Assembly (NCBI GenBank): GCA_000165425.1
Contig: CT868219.1
Coordinates: forward strand, 66,728 to 130,727
Source of the DNA: Paramecium tetraurelia
Lineage: Eukaryota
DNA: 64,000 bases
Direction of reading: 5' to 3'
The notes under the pieces are model-generated. The model was not told where the DNA came from. It saw only the letters and a program-made list of their open reading frames with translations, and made no database searches. Shown piece after piece: positions 1 through 14,591 of this stretch; position 1 is the first letter of the stretch; each line of letters opens with the position of its first letter. A program made the translations under genes and the position numbers.

Positions 1-3000
1 TAAGTTTTTGATCTGTCTCAAAATCTTTAATAGGACATTTCAATCTGAAAATATGGGCTTAAATCAATAAGTAAGCCTTTTCATTAGGATTGTCCATTTT
101 GTTTTTATCACACTTCAATTTGCATAATTTAGATAAGGCTTCATTTAAATGTTCTTCGTTGTGTCTAACAGGTACTTCATTGAATTCACTAGAGTATGCT
201 AAAGTGTATAATAAATCTTCAAATCGACTCTCCTTCTAAATTCGTTCATCAAAATGTTTTAAAGTTGTGTGTTTGAGATAATAAAAGGCAGCTAACTTGC
301 CCAAAAATGTTGATTCGTATTATCCATCTTCTTATGTAATACATTTTGATGTTACTAAATCACTAATAGTATTAGCAACTAAGTTATTCATATAGTATTG
401 TATATCTTTACTATTAGTGCTTGGACAATTGTAGAATGTAGGATTTTTGACTAATCTTCTGAAGAAATATGTCCAAGTAATCCAATCGATAAAAGTTTAG
501 TTGTTTTTAACCACTCCAGAGGAGATTTCAGCATTAATATGATCTGAAATGCCTTGAAGCAAACTTGACTCGATTGGGAAAGGAGAATTTAGATATTTAC
601 GATAGAAATTCTTTTTACTTTATTCTACATAGACACAAGCACTAGCAACAGTATCATATTAAGGTCTACCAGCTCTTCCTATCATTTACAATAAATCTGT
701 AACTGGAAAATCTACATATTTCTTTAATTTTGGATCGAAAAATTCAGTACCTTTTACTATAACTAATCTTGCAGGGAAGTTCACTCCCCAAGCCAAAGTA
801 GATGTGGCTATTAATAATTGAATTTTCCCTTAAACAAATAGATTTTCAACTATATTTCTATCATTTTTATCAAGTCCAGAATGATGAATTCCAATTCCAT
901 ATTACAAGACTGATTTTAATTATGTGTCATCAATCTTGGTACACAATTAAGCTAATTCCTACTCAGTGGTTTAGATATACTGCTTTTCATTTCCCTCTTG
1001 CATAGCCAAAGCAATAATATCCAAAGCAGTTAGACGAGTTTGTCTACGAGAGGACACAAAAATGATAGTTGGTTTTCCATCACTATATCTCTTAATATCT
1101 TGATAAGCTGGTTTATTCATAGTAGCCATTCTAGGACAATAGGCTCTTTCTGGAAATCCATTAAAGTGAATGGTGACAGGGACAGGTCTGCATGAGGGTT
1201 TAAAATTATAAAATCTACCCTTCTTGACTCCGAACCAATTACTCACATCTAATCCATTGGCCATTGCTGTTGATAACCCAATCATTCGTGTCTTTTTATT
1301 TGTATCGTAGCTTAATGAATTCATTCTACTTACTATAACCTCTAAGACTTATCCTCTATCTTATCCAAGTAGATGGATTTCATCAAAAATTAACAGACAG
1401 GTCTATCTCACATATTCTCTATTATTCCAACTTCTACTGATACCATCCCATTTTTCTGGAGTTGTTATGAGAACATGAGCCTTCAACAATGCTTGTAAAT
1501 CTGGAGTATAATCTCCTGTTAATTCAAGTACATTTTTATTGATTTCCTTCAATCTCTTGGTCCAATCTTTTAATCTCTCTTTTGCAATTGCCTTCAAAGG
1601 TGCTATGTAAACTACTTTGAATTATGGTGATTATTTAAACACTCTTAACATAGCAAATTCTGCCATTATAGTTTTACCTGAACCTGTAGGTGCTCCAATT
1701 AATATATTATCATCTGTGTTATAGAGTCCAAAGAACACTTGTGTTTAGATAGGGTTAAAGTATTTATACTACTAGTATAATTGTTCAAATTCAGTATTGT
1801 TTAATGCACTGATTGGTAAAGGTTGTAAGTCTAATAACTCAGTAAAATCTATCTAGTCATCTTGCATAAAAGCATTTGATAGATCTATTTAAACTGTAGT
1901 GTAATCCTCATCTAGCATTACCCATCGATCACTTTGAATTGTCAGATAGTAAGCCTTACATTTTGAATTAAATGGAACATAAAAGGAAATTTACATGGTA
2001 TTACCTCTAATGATGGTATCCATTTCCATTAAAAACTCTTCTGAATGTAATAATTCTTCAGAGTCATACGCAAATATCCAAAAAGGCTCATTTTTTAAGT
2101 GCCATTTACTATTGAATGTAAATTAAGGCGTTATTAAAACTACCAATTATAAAATAGTTTATGAGATGGGTTTAACTTTGTATTCAATATTCAAATCAGG
2201 TAAGTAATTTACATATGCCTTGAATTGAGAAACCAAATTGGTAGGTATTGATAACTATTAAGCCAAGACAATGTCATCTTCACCCTTCATCTAGTAAGCA
2301 GGTAGACTGCATTCAGCCATAGCACCTATCCAGGCTCTTGGCATGTAGGCATCTTTAGATTTCATTATTTTTCTAGTATTACACCCTGAAAAGCTTTCCT
2401 TACTAAATTAAAAGAGTGGATTTTATCTAGGACACATTCTATTCTCAATCATCTTGCACAATTTCAGTAATTCCAGAGCCATACATGCTTAGTTTTTCTT
2501 GATTGCCATATCCAACATGCATCTCAATAATCTAATAGTGTTTTGAATAATAATATTGGTATCCATAATTAAGGCATAATTTTCAAAATTCACTTTTGCT
2601 AGATATCCACTAATAAGGGCAATGACTTTCTCCTAAGTTTCTATAACACCTTCAGGATGATCAAATGAATCACTTCTGACATCAGGTTCTTCATCAAATA
2701 CCCAAGCATCATCATAAATCTTCTACAATTCTTTAGTCTCTTCAGGTCTGACTCTAATCATCTCAAATTCTTTGGCCTTAGCTATGATCTTAAGCAATTG
2801 ATATTAATTTTTATCATTGAATTTTTATTTCTCTTATTAGTCGAATGACAAACCCATTTCATCACATAGAACCTTCATGGTTTCACATTTAATATAATAA
2901 TGAGATGCTATTCTACCTAAGTCTGTTGATGTAACCAAATGATTCCTGGTGTCATACCTTACTAATTTCAAAGCATCCAATTATTTCAATGCCGACTCAA

Positions 3001-5825
3001 TCTTTTCTTACACCAATGTATCACAATCTAATTCTAAATCATCATATGCTCTTTATACACCATAATGTAATGGGTTTCTTCTTAATCTAATGCTTAAGAA
3101 TGTATGACACATCCAATTATATGCTTCAGTATAATTAGTAATATTTCCCAAGACTATTTCTGCATTTAAGGCTTCTCTTAAGAATGTTAATAATTTGCTT
3201 TCAATATAACTGGCATTGTTGAGCATACCCATATAATGACCTACATTATTGAAATCTGTGATTAAAGTTGCTTCTCCCTTATCATCAAACTAAGGTCTAC
3301 CAGCTCTACCAAACATTTATTACACATCTAAAACACATAAATTCTACATGTCTGCTCGAGTAACATCAAAGATGTCTGTTCCTTTAATAATAACAGCAAA
3401 AGCAGGCAAGTTAACACCCCAAGCTAAAGTGGCTGTAGCTATCAATACTCTTGCATCTCCACTTAAAAACAACCTTTCAACCGAATTACGATCTGCTCTT
3501 AACATACCAGCATGATGGAATGCCAATCCATAAGGCAACAATTTTTTCAATTCATTATCATTTAACTTAGTACAATTAATTTTAGTTGTTCCAATAATAT
3601 GTCTATCACCTAAACGAGATGCTCTTTCTAATATCCATTTAGCATAATTAACAGTCTCTTTACGAGAATGAACAAAAATGAGTACTTGCTTGTTATGCTT
3701 CACCACTTCACTCATTAATTCATAAGCTTATTCATTTTAAATATCTCTTTTAGTTCTTCTTCTTTATCCCTTAGCAGGTGCTTAAACAGGTTCTTTACAT
3801 CCTATGAATTTCTGACATAATGGTACTGGTCTGAATGTATGATCAAAAAAGAACACACTATCTTTATGACATTCCAAAAATATAGCAACATCCCAATAAT
3901 TTGGTAGAGTTGCAGATAAACCAACCAATCTGATATGTCTTTAAGCTCTTTAAACTTATTAAAGAGTACGAGCAACAACACATTCTAATATTGGACCTCT
4001 TTCATCATTAAGTAAATGAACTTCATCAATAATTAACAATTTTTAATTGTTCACTAATTTTGATTTGTTTTTCTAGTAATAACATCCCATTTTTCAGGTG
4101 TTGTCAATATAATATGGGTTTCTTACAATTCTTTCTTTGATAATTACATATCTCCTGTAAACTCTTTAACTTTAACTCCCAAATATCTAAGTTTTGTCTA
4201 GAATTTTTCAACAATTTCGCTAGCTAATGCTTTCATTGGAGATATATAAACAATCTTAAAATCTTAATCTTTCAATCTTTTATCTTTTTCATCTACTCTC
4301 TTAGATATCTCATGGAGGATTGCCAACAATGCGATATTGGTTTTACCAGCTCCTGTAGGTGCACAAACCAATAGATTCTCTTCAGTCAAAAATGCTTTAG
4401 GATATATTTATGACTGAATAACATTTAAACTAGTTGTTCCATCAAATGCTTTCCTTGCCCATTCTGGAAGATCATTGATAGGAATCAACTTATCCTCCTT
4501 AATTGGTTTCTTTGGTAATGGATCAATTCTTATGTATAAATATTCTAATTTATCTGTCCTTGTAGAAGTTGGAAAATATCTAACCAAAGTTGATTGTTCC
4601 ATTCTTGCGTATTATTCTGGATCAAATTCTATTAAACCTTCTTAGAATGTAGTTTACACTTTTTGTTGATTTGTAAATTCCTATTTTCTTAATCCCAACA
4701 TTCCTTCTTATTAGACATCTATTCCAATTTTAGCGAGTAATTAATGATTTGAAGTGGCTGTACCATTACTTTACAGATTTGGTTTCTATTGTTGATTCTA
4801 AACTTCCCAGAATTTCTTATCACTCAAATATTTTACTATTTCTTTTCTATAAATCAACAGATATTAAGCTGCCTTTACATTTTTTAATATATCGTAAAAT
4901 TTACATTCCAAAATTTAATTAGACAATGTTTTATCACATAAATCTTTTAGTAAGTCAAATACCAATAATTACCAATATTCTGGTGATGCTTTCACCAACA
5001 CATTATGAAATTGTTTGTCAAATTCTGATAAATAATTGATATGTTCTCTATCTTAAATTACTTCGATTTGTTATTTTTCCTACTACTATTCCTCTTAAAA
5101 TTAGATTTCCCAATTGGATTCCACATTTATTGGTTCCATATTTACGACATCTTTATAATGTTTTAAAAATTCATTAAATGTTCCATATTCTATTATTTGC
5201 TTTGATTAATCATCTTCTTGATGAAGTGTTTAAGCCATAATTCTGTCAATTTGACTATCCACTTCATACATTGTTGAATAGAGAATTTAAAGTTAAACCT
5301 CATTATGATTGGGCTCTATAATGATAAAATCATATCCTCTATATGTAGCTAATACGTTGATCACATTTTTCATAAATACTGCTTAACCTTCTTCTCCTTG
5401 CATTACACTCTGTTTATAAATTATGTAAATTCCCTCTAAGAGATCCACAAATGCCAAGTTTATTTTTCCACTCATTCCTCTTGTATCCTAAGCTGCCACA
5501 TGCACTCCTAAGTCCTTTAACAATACTTTCAATCTGTTCGATAATTCTTTGATATGAAATTCTGTCCCAAACATCAATCTATACATTGGCTTCGCCTTTC
5601 TCATTCGTTCCTCATTGTAAACATCATCGTCTTATCTCTCTAAATAAGCTTTATTCAAAGAGATTGGTCTTCCGTCATTATATCCTTATTCGAAATATCT
5701 TAACTTCAGAGTGGTTCTATTGAACTATTTGGTTTGATAACTAATATTACATCTTTAATCAAATATCTCTTTATGTCTTATGCCTATAAAAGCTCTGCAG
5801 ACAGGTTGATAAGATTACTATTCAT
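1..5825 (-). CDS. ASCC3: Ski2-like tandem helicase ASCC3/Slh1 (Brr2 family); 3' end runs off the window
   Basis: Two helicase cassettes: [52 protein letters not shown], then [20 protein letters not shown]. 26-nt intron at 5725-5750. Apparent frameshift at 4040-4061. Confidence 0.93.
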
Positions 5826-5867
5826 TAAATTAATTTTAATAAAGAATTTATTTGCTAATTATGGATA

Positions 5868-7998
5868 TCAATCAAAAAGTAGATTTCTTAAATCCTATCT
5901 AACCTCTATTTTCCCTTCCTCCGGCTCTTCTTCTTCCTCTATTGGAAGACTCGATTTAACTTAGGATTGCTTTTGGGTCATCTTTTTTAGCGCCTATTAA
6001 GTATAGGTATTTTAAGGATTTTTTTGGGCACCAAAATCTAAATCAAATGTATATTTATCATTTTATTGAGAAGAAACTACTGAAAAACTTTAATTATCAC
6101 TTGAAATTACATTTCTTGGTTTAGAATTAAATGATTATTATTATTATTACTATTATTATTTTTATTATTACTAAAATTATTATTATTATTATTATGGTAT
6201 TCCATTTGAAAATGTTTAAACAAATGATTAATGATCTTAGTGAAGTACATATGAGGGAAATTGAGGAAAATCTCCTTATTGTTAATTTAAAGTTTATGTC
6301 TATTATTGAGTTTATTACTGCATTTATTATATTTATTTTTACGCCATTATTAATTGTTACTAGAGCAAATTTTATTATTCTAATAATTGCTAATACTGCT
6401 AAGGATTTAGTTGCTGTTATTAGCCATACTAATTTATTTATTATTATTATGTTTATTGTTAATATGTATTTTATTATAAAGGAATTGTTTAGTGTATTTA
6501 TTACTTTTATTGTTAATTAGTGAACTACAATTATTGCTATTCTATTGGTTTTTGAGGAGGTTGTTAAAGCATCATATCTAATTTTAGTAAAGATGCTTCA
6601 ATCTAATCTTCTTATGACTTTACTAACATATTTATACACAATACTTGGATATTAATTTTAAACAAACACTATTCTGTTGACTTGATTAGAGGTTTATAAA
6701 TTTCTTACTCCATATTTTTACTACACTGACTCTATCTTTTGTTTATTCTCTTTATTCAAATTCAATAGTTCTAGTTAAAGCTGTATTTCCAAATCGTTAA
6801 TATTTTATAGATCCTCCTATCATAATATTATTTACAATTCAATACCCGTAGAAATTCTTATATATGATTTTGCTCATCTTGAACACTACTTGGTTGTTTG
6901 TGTATTTGTTTTTGCGTAATTCTAATATTTTATGGCGGCTTTCTAGGAGGGTTTTAATGATTAGTATTATTATTGCTATTCTAATTAGTATCGATGGTAT
7001 TTTATTACAATTGCTTTTGAATTAACATTTGTTAGCCTAGCAATTGTTATTCCTTTTATTGCAATATCTTCATTTGCTCAGAATTTTTATTATTAGGAGT
7101 GGCATTTTTGGGGACAGAAGAAGAAAGTTACTTTTATTTAGTATTAAGTGGTTCTTATTATGATTTTTAGGATGTTAATTCTCTTTTATCTCTTTCGGTT
7201 CCTTGTTTTTAACTCATTTTGGATAAGACATCATCAGCTTAAGTTATAGCTTATTCAGCCCATTAGGCAGGCTTTGACAAAGGAGGCTTGGAGTTTTATT
7301 TAGCCAATTATCCATTTTTCATAGTATTTTTCCATAAATCCTCTTCATCATCACTACCTTCTTCTGGTAATCCAAGTAATTACTGTAATTCATGTTTTCT
7401 TTGATTAGGAGCGGGTTTTTATTTCTAAGCTGTGCTTAAATCAAGACTATCTAGAAGTTCACTTTTCTTCATGACTTCGAAATCCTCCCATTGTTTTTAA
7501 AATTCTTAAGGCAACTTTTTGTTTTTAGCCACTTGTGATACTTCTAGATCAAGGGCTTCGAAATTATTGTAATTTGTTTATACTTTTTTTTCTAATTGAG
7601 GTTTTGGGTTTTGTTTAGGATAATCAGTTTACCTGGGTTGATAGTCAGCCAAGATTTATTTGGTATTGTTTCTTAAATAATTAACATAAGCTTATTCCTT
7701 TGTTTTCTTTCTTTAATCAAGCAATGCAGCTGCTTATTTTTACTTTTCTTCTTCTTGTTATTTGAGTTTCTTTTCTTATTCCTTTCTCCTTTTATTATTT
7801 TCCATCATCAGTTATCGATGCTTTTCTTCATTCTATTGCATTTTATTCAATATGTCTTCTTTTGTTTTTACATCTGTAGTTGTACTCTAATTGAAATTAT
7901 AAAATTGATACTTTCTTACTCGATTATTAACTTACTATGGATTTGGTGTCATTTTATTTTTTGTTGTTGTATTTGTTTAAATAGCCTGCTGTTGACAT
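5868..7998 (-). CDS. Q-rich/coiled-coil hypothetical protein
   Basis: Code-6 ORF MSTAGYLNKY...IEVRQDLRNLLFD-TGA with small introns; polyQ encoded by TAA runs at about 6130-6560. Confidence 0.7.
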
Positions 7999-8043
7999 TT
8001 AAAGTATAATAACTGTATATTTATAATAAAAATATTAGATAAT

Positions 8044-9677
8044 TCAATCATTAGCAAATAATCTTAGAAAGTCTTAACCCAACGAAGTTTGAAATGGCAC
8101 CTTAACTGTTTAGTTGCCATAGTTCTTATTTAAAGCTGAGCTAGCATTATATTTGATAACTATTTATTCTTCATTTGCTCTGAAACCATGAGCAGAAGTA
8201 ATTTAATTATTAAGAGGAGAGTATGACACATTTTGGAATCCCAATCCATTATACTTTAAATTAGCAGACTAGGGGTGTTTTTATTCAGAAACTTATTTTT
8301 CTTAATTAATAAGAATTAAATACTTCCATCATCGGTTTGATATCCATCCCTTTGCTGAAATTTGTTGACATTGACCTTGTTATTCATCTTGATGAATCCC
8401 AGATCAAAATCATCAAATTCATCATTATTTTTTATAATACCCATATTATTTGCATTGCCTTGAATAATAGTAAGTCATTACCTAATTCATCGATTTGAGC
8501 ATACATATTCTTAATAGGGATTTCAATGCCATCCCTATTAGCATTCTAATTGCCTGATTAAATAGGCAATTCTAATCCGGTTGCCTTTGGAGGTGTTTTA
8601 TGTCTGGAAGGGGGTCTTTCATTTTTATCAAAATTTTCCATCTAATTCTATTCTGTTTACTTTCTCCTCTATCCAGAACGTATTGAGAGCAATTCCTTTA
8701 TTAAAAAATAACGAATATTGATACTTTAGGAGAATTCAGTTAATTCAATATTATTGGCATAACTTCTTGATTTTCTGAATCATCTTCTTAGATAACATTA
8801 GGTTCGTAATCTAAGAGTCCGAAGTCTGATTGCCTTGTTTCAAAGGCATGTTTAGACTCATTTTTATCTGAATTCATGAACCTTTTCCTTCTTACACCTT
8901 CAGATGTTTAAGGCCTGTTAAGACTAGCGGTTGCTTTTCTCATACTTGCAATTGGTTCTTCAGATTATTTGTGTACAAAAGATGCGTTTTTTTGAATTTC
9001 TTATTCTTCCTATTGTTAAGTATGCAATTAAAAGTTTTAATGTTCATCGCTTTCAGCTTCATCTGATTAATTTGAATAATCATCATTATTATCGATATCA
9101 ACTATTTCAATTTCCTCCTATTCTCGAGGAGTCAGCTGCTCGTCATCGTTATTGTCCACTACCAAATTCTCACAATTTAACCTTGGTTCTAAAGTATTCA
9201 TTTATTGAGTCTATGGTCTACTCTGTTGCTACTCTGAAAAGCGAAAGGGCCTTGAAATTTGTTAAGTGAATGTCCTGGATGGTTTGAATGATCCTCTGCC
9301 ACTCTTTGGACCTTCATCATATCTTTTTTCAAGACTTCTTCTTTTTACTGTGCCTTAAAATTGACCTGCATAAATCTTCGAAATCTGCTAGATATTATTT
9401 TGATAACTTTTTGGCTGTGATCTATGTTATTGTAAATACTACTCACATAGTCTTTAAGTATGGGTTTGGAACATTATGTGCAACAGCAATCAAAGGTTGT
9501 TAATATGGACTCTTAAAAGGCATTTTATCCTTTCGAGATTGGTTTGGTGCTGTACCTCCACGTTTCAGGTTTTCACTAAGTTGAATTACCAATCAATTTA
9601 AAGTACCCCTAATTTGTAAACCAACTCAAATAAAATGGCTGTTATTATTGATCTCTCTAATTTTTTGGTTTAAACAT
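8044..9677 (-). CDS. Hypothetical protein
   Basis: MFKPKNQRDQ...VPFQTSLGQDFLRLFAND-TGA with several short introns; no recognised domain. Confidence 0.65.
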
Positions 9678-10030
9678 ATAATTATTTATAAAACCATTAT
9701 AAGAAATATATTATAAACATAATTGTCTAATCCCTTGAGTTCTAAGTCTCTTAGCCTTAATTATGCTTATTCATATAAATTCTATTATGATACACCTTAC
9801 TTATCCAATAAGAATTTGTCAAATAAAATTAGAAGAAAATACCTTCGTACCATTAAAAATCAATTCTCCTACTGTTTTAAATCCTTAATCCTATAACATT
9901 TCATAGAAATATAAAAATTAATTTGCAACCTAAATTCATCTAAAAAATATATTAACAATAATATTTTAAATATTAGATCTCAAAATCCAATTTAAATTTT
10001 CATTAAACATATAACTTAATTATATTTTTA

Positions 10031-11577
10031 ATGACCGAAGTTTGCCAACCTAATTAAACAGGCTTTTTTCATTCGTGCGGTTAATTTAGTTAATGTGAAT
10101 AGAATGCAGCAACATTAGCTTATTAATGTTAGCATGATTCTCCATTTACACCAAAAGCAGGAATAATTATATCATATATTCTTACACCTGTTTTAATTGG
10201 CATTGGAATTCTGGGAGGAATGGGAGGTATTTATATGTCTTTACAATTTTAAGGGGGAGTATTGAAAGGACCACTTTTGGAAATGATTCTTAATTACTCA
10301 TAAAGTGAAGCAACTCATATTGCATATTGTTTTATGTTTGGAGGTACACTCCTCAACACAGCACTATTAATGTTTGAAAAGTAAGAAATTTCATTATGAA
10401 TAGAAATCCAGAGGATGAGAGAAGACCAATCATAAATTATAGAATTGCTATAATCTTCAATCTTGCAGTTCCATTTGCCACCAATCTTGGCTCATCCTTA
10501 GCGTCATTTCTACCTTAATTATACACTCTCATTTTATAAGAATTGTTTTTATTTGGAGTCGCCCCTATTCTTTGGTAAAAAGGTATTATATAGAATAATT
10601 CCGTAAAATAGCTAAGGATGCTAAAAAGGCAGAACTCAAAATTAGCGAAGGATCTAAAAAAGAAAATACTTAAAATTTAAATGATTCTAATCTAAATCCA
10701 AAAATAGAGTTGCAGACTATAGAAGGGATACATGAACAATAAGTATATATATTGTAAAGATAACTTATAGGAATATAAAATCTCTGATGCAAATTCAAAC
10801 GAATCTCTTTATTCTCATTTTAAACAAGAATCAGAAAATATATTACCTTTGATGCCAATCCTCTTTATTTTAGGATCATTTGGATTAAATTAAGTAAAAC
10901 AAGAGTAATTTAAATTAGATATTTATATAAATGCGATCAACAAATCCAAACAAACCCTCTTATGTTGGAATTGAAGATTGTACATGGTAAAACGATTTTA
11001 TGATATTTATCTTGATCCTAGCCAATGTCTTATACGATTATTTGATTTGGCAATTCGGAACGAAATAAGAGAAACAATTTAATTAAATTAACTTTTTACC
11101 AAAAGAAAGATACTTTACTCCAATCAGTAAATTTTTTAAGATTTATGCTGGTGGATTTTTAGCAGGATTTGTATCAGGATTCTTAGGAATGGGAGCAGGA
11201 TTTGTAATGGTTCCAACTCTATTATTTAGTGGATTAATCCCGAGATGTGCTTCAGCTACATCAGCATTCATTTATTTAATGATTTCATTAAATAATTTAA
11301 TTACTCTCCTGACTAATCATTACTTAGACTGGCAAACCATCCTTCTATTTACTGGATTAGCTGTATTAATATAATAATTATTAAGATTATTGGAGGATCT
11401 ATTTTTGCTAAAATTGGTTATATCTTATTGGCTAAATACAAAATTGGATATTTTGTGATCTTAATTGTTTTTTCTCTTGATATAGCCAATATCGTTTCGT
11501 AAATATATTATGGAGTCGTCTTTGGAAAAAGATATGGGTTGGACTATCTAACCCATGCAAATAAAGAGTGTTAGTGA
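10031..11577 (+). CDS. TauE/SafE-family (sulfite exporter-like) membrane protein
   Basis: Hydrophobic helices; GIGILGGMG and AGFVSGFLGMGAGFVMVPTLL..ASATSAF motifs; RRPIINYRIA loop; multiple short introns. Confidence 0.85.
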
Positions 11578-11628
11578 TATGTCATTCATTGTGTAAAAAT
11601 ATAAATAAATTTTTATTACAAAATATTT

Positions 11629-13522
11629 TCAAAATATATGATGATTCGGCCTCTTTAATCTTTTATTGATTTCTGATTATTAGGACAAACGTGAAGTATG
11701 ATCCATGAACCCAGAATAAGGTCTAAAAAGCAACTGTGTTGATTTTGCCATTGTTGATCTCGATTATGGAGTATCGCATTTAGGTGTTTCCATTACAGAT
11801 GAATGTCTAGGAGTGACATTGTTGTGATAACCTAATTAAGGCTATGATTATGTTCTAGGTGTTGGATAGAAGGTTGTCATAGTTTTGTTCTTCTCAAAAT
11901 GCTTTTGAGCACTTACATTCATATCACTCTCTTTTGTAGAAACTAAAGCATTGATTGTGAGTAAAGGATCTACTTTTCCAAAGGCAGCGCTCGTTGCTCT
12001 TTTTGGTTTCAATTAATCATGAGTGTGCTCAATTAATTTCATTGCTGAAATTACTCTTGATCTTTGAATCGCCTCCTGATTTTAAGGAGCTATTCTCAAA
12101 GGAGGCTTTACTAATCCAATCCTAATTAGATTTGAATAATATTTCTTTAAAAACCCTTCTGTATTCACATTTGAGGCAAAATTATAAGGATTCTCCACTT
12201 TTTCCAATAACTTCATTTAAGGTTCATCGCTATATTTAGTTTGCTTTACAAATTCATTAATTGTAATTTTTTTTTCTGTCTTTTTGTATTTTTTATTAAA
12301 CTTTTCTTTCAAATTGTTATTAAATTTTAATACTCTACTATGTTTGGGTACCTAATAGGTTTAGGATTTTATACTTAATATTATTGGAATAAAATGTCTA
12401 CATTATCATAAGCTTTTATTGATTCCTTAGTTAAAATCAATGTGGATTTAGATTTCTTCATAAGATTAGTTGGCGATGTATTACATTTTTTATGATCAAT
12501 AGGTTTACTTCCTACAAGGAGCCTGATCAATTATTTTTCTATAAATCAAACTGCCACTTTTACATTTATGCTGCGCAATGATATGTCTTATAATTGTATT
12601 TGGGAAGAGACGTGTGAAGATCTTAAGTTTGATTTTATATAGCAAAACTTATGCTGACTTGGCAATTACAGTGTAGTAATAAGTTTAAACGCTATTTTAA
12701 TCCTGATCTGGATCAATTAACAATTCATCCCCAATAATACCACTCTCCTCTACGTTAAAGACGTGTTCTTTGTTCTTCTGAAACGAAGCATGCCCCTATG
12801 CCAAAAAAAAGAGATGTTCTCCTATTTGATCTTCCCTTAAATAAATTAATGTATTTTATACTCAGTAATATAAGTGCTATGAGGAATAATAACATTTTCA
12901 AATTAATTGGCCAGAGCCTCCAGTATCCGTTTAGAATTCAATTCTCCCAAACCTGGTATTATTCTGCTTAAAGTTCTATGTTTAAACAAAAATATCTCTC
13001 CATAATAGTTATAAATTTCATCGCATTCTTTCTTGTCAATCAATAGTATAATTGAGTCATTAAATGCGACTTTGTATAACAGTTGATTTTGCTAATATTT
13101 AATTTTATCAACATAAAAGTCCTCCTCTATATAAAATAATGGATTTAAGGTTTTGAGGTATTTTTCATGTTTATAGATGTACCCTTCTTCCAAATAATAA
13201 ACTTCAATTTGACCTTTTAGAATTAGTTAAACTACAAACTCCTAATTTGGATCAACTTACTCACCAAGTTAATAATTTTTAAGTTCAATGTAATTACAGA
13301 GCTAAACAAAATCATATCAATTTACTTTTATTTACCCTTCTTGAGATAATTGTTGGTGATAGAGTTCATTTAGTTTGTTGAAAATTTATGTGACTTTTAT
13401 TATTGATGCAATTGACTTAATTTAAAGAATAGAAGTACTTTAAGATCCTCATTAGTTTTTGGATAGCTTAATATTTTTTATTGTAACAACACTAAATTAT
13501 CATTCTAAATTACTTATTCCAT
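11629..13522 (-). CDS. Cyclic-nucleotide-binding-domain protein
   Basis: Two degenerate cNMP-type repeats (LILKGQIEV; LFFLAQGHASF..GIIGDELL..YYTVIAKS) followed by a low-complexity tail. Confidence 0.65.
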
Positions 13523-13551
13523 TAATAATAATAAAATTTATGATTAATATT

Positions 13552-14528
13552 TCAATTGTTAGATAATTTCTGTTAATCTAAGCATCCTTTTGATCGATGA
13601 CTGTCCGCATGCAAACTCTTTCTTTTTGATGCTTATTCCAATATCAATTTTTAAATTAAACTGCTATTTATTAAGTTTTATTTGCTTATTCCTACAGAAT
13701 AGCTTTTATTTCGACTAAAACTATCAACATGAATTATTACTTTGATATAAGGGGTCTCTAAGTCAACGATTTTTAAGACTCTTTATTTTTTAATAATTCG
13801 TTCAAACTATTGTTTTATGTCTATTACAGTTTCATTATTTAGCTATTATTGTGTTAATCTTATTTCCCTGATTCATTACCTAAATGATTAGATTTAGATG
13901 GTTATTTTTATAAGGTTTAATTTATAGTTTATGCGCTATCCCTCCTGGAATTCAATGCAGTTTATTATTTATTGGTTTAAGTATAATACTTCAATTATTG
14001 GATCAAATTATAATTCTCTTTTTTTAATTTCTAATTTTAAATCATATATTACCTAAATTATTTAGGTTGTTTCTTTAAGATACTCTTTTCTTATTTATTC
14101 TGATTCTTCTAATTGTTATTAAATTGTTTCAATGAATATTTTCATCTCATGTTAAGCCTAACTAAATTTATATACCAATTAATCATACTCTAATGTGTAT
14201 TCTTATTTCCTATTCATATTTTTGAACTGCCTATTCTAATTTTTCATAATTTTGGGATTTTGGTTCACATTTGAAAAATTTCTACTAATAATTATTCTCT
14301 TTAAATTTCTTTTTTAATGCTTAGAAGATAAACTTCATCGTTTCTGCTAACTGATGCAAATTCTCATAATCCTACAGTTATTCTTATATGTGGTGCAACT
14401 CCTCTTCTGATCTTATATTCTATTCAAGTAATTGAAGCATCTTAATTTATACATAAAACTATTACATCAGATAAGATTTCTTTTAAAGTATTTTCGAGAA
14501 TGTAGTCTGTGCTACTATTAGTCAACAT
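13552..14528 (-). CDS. Coiled-coil hypothetical protein
   Basis: MLTNSSTDYILENTLKE...QKLSNN-TGA; Q/E/K/L heptad-rich. Confidence 0.65.
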
Positions 14529-14591
14529 ATTTAATTGAAAAATTAGAAAATTTAGAATAAATTAATATATATTGATTATTTATTGTTACAT

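Noticed and set aside
4040..4061. Euplotes-style programmed +1 frameshifting
   Set aside because: That mechanism depends on TAA/TAG being stops; here they encode Gln, and the indels sit in homopolymers consistent with sequencing error.
6131..6520. Hydrophobic Ile-rich plus-strand ORF in the ORF track
   Set aside because: It is the antisense shadow of a TAA-encoded polyQ tract in the minus-strand gene.
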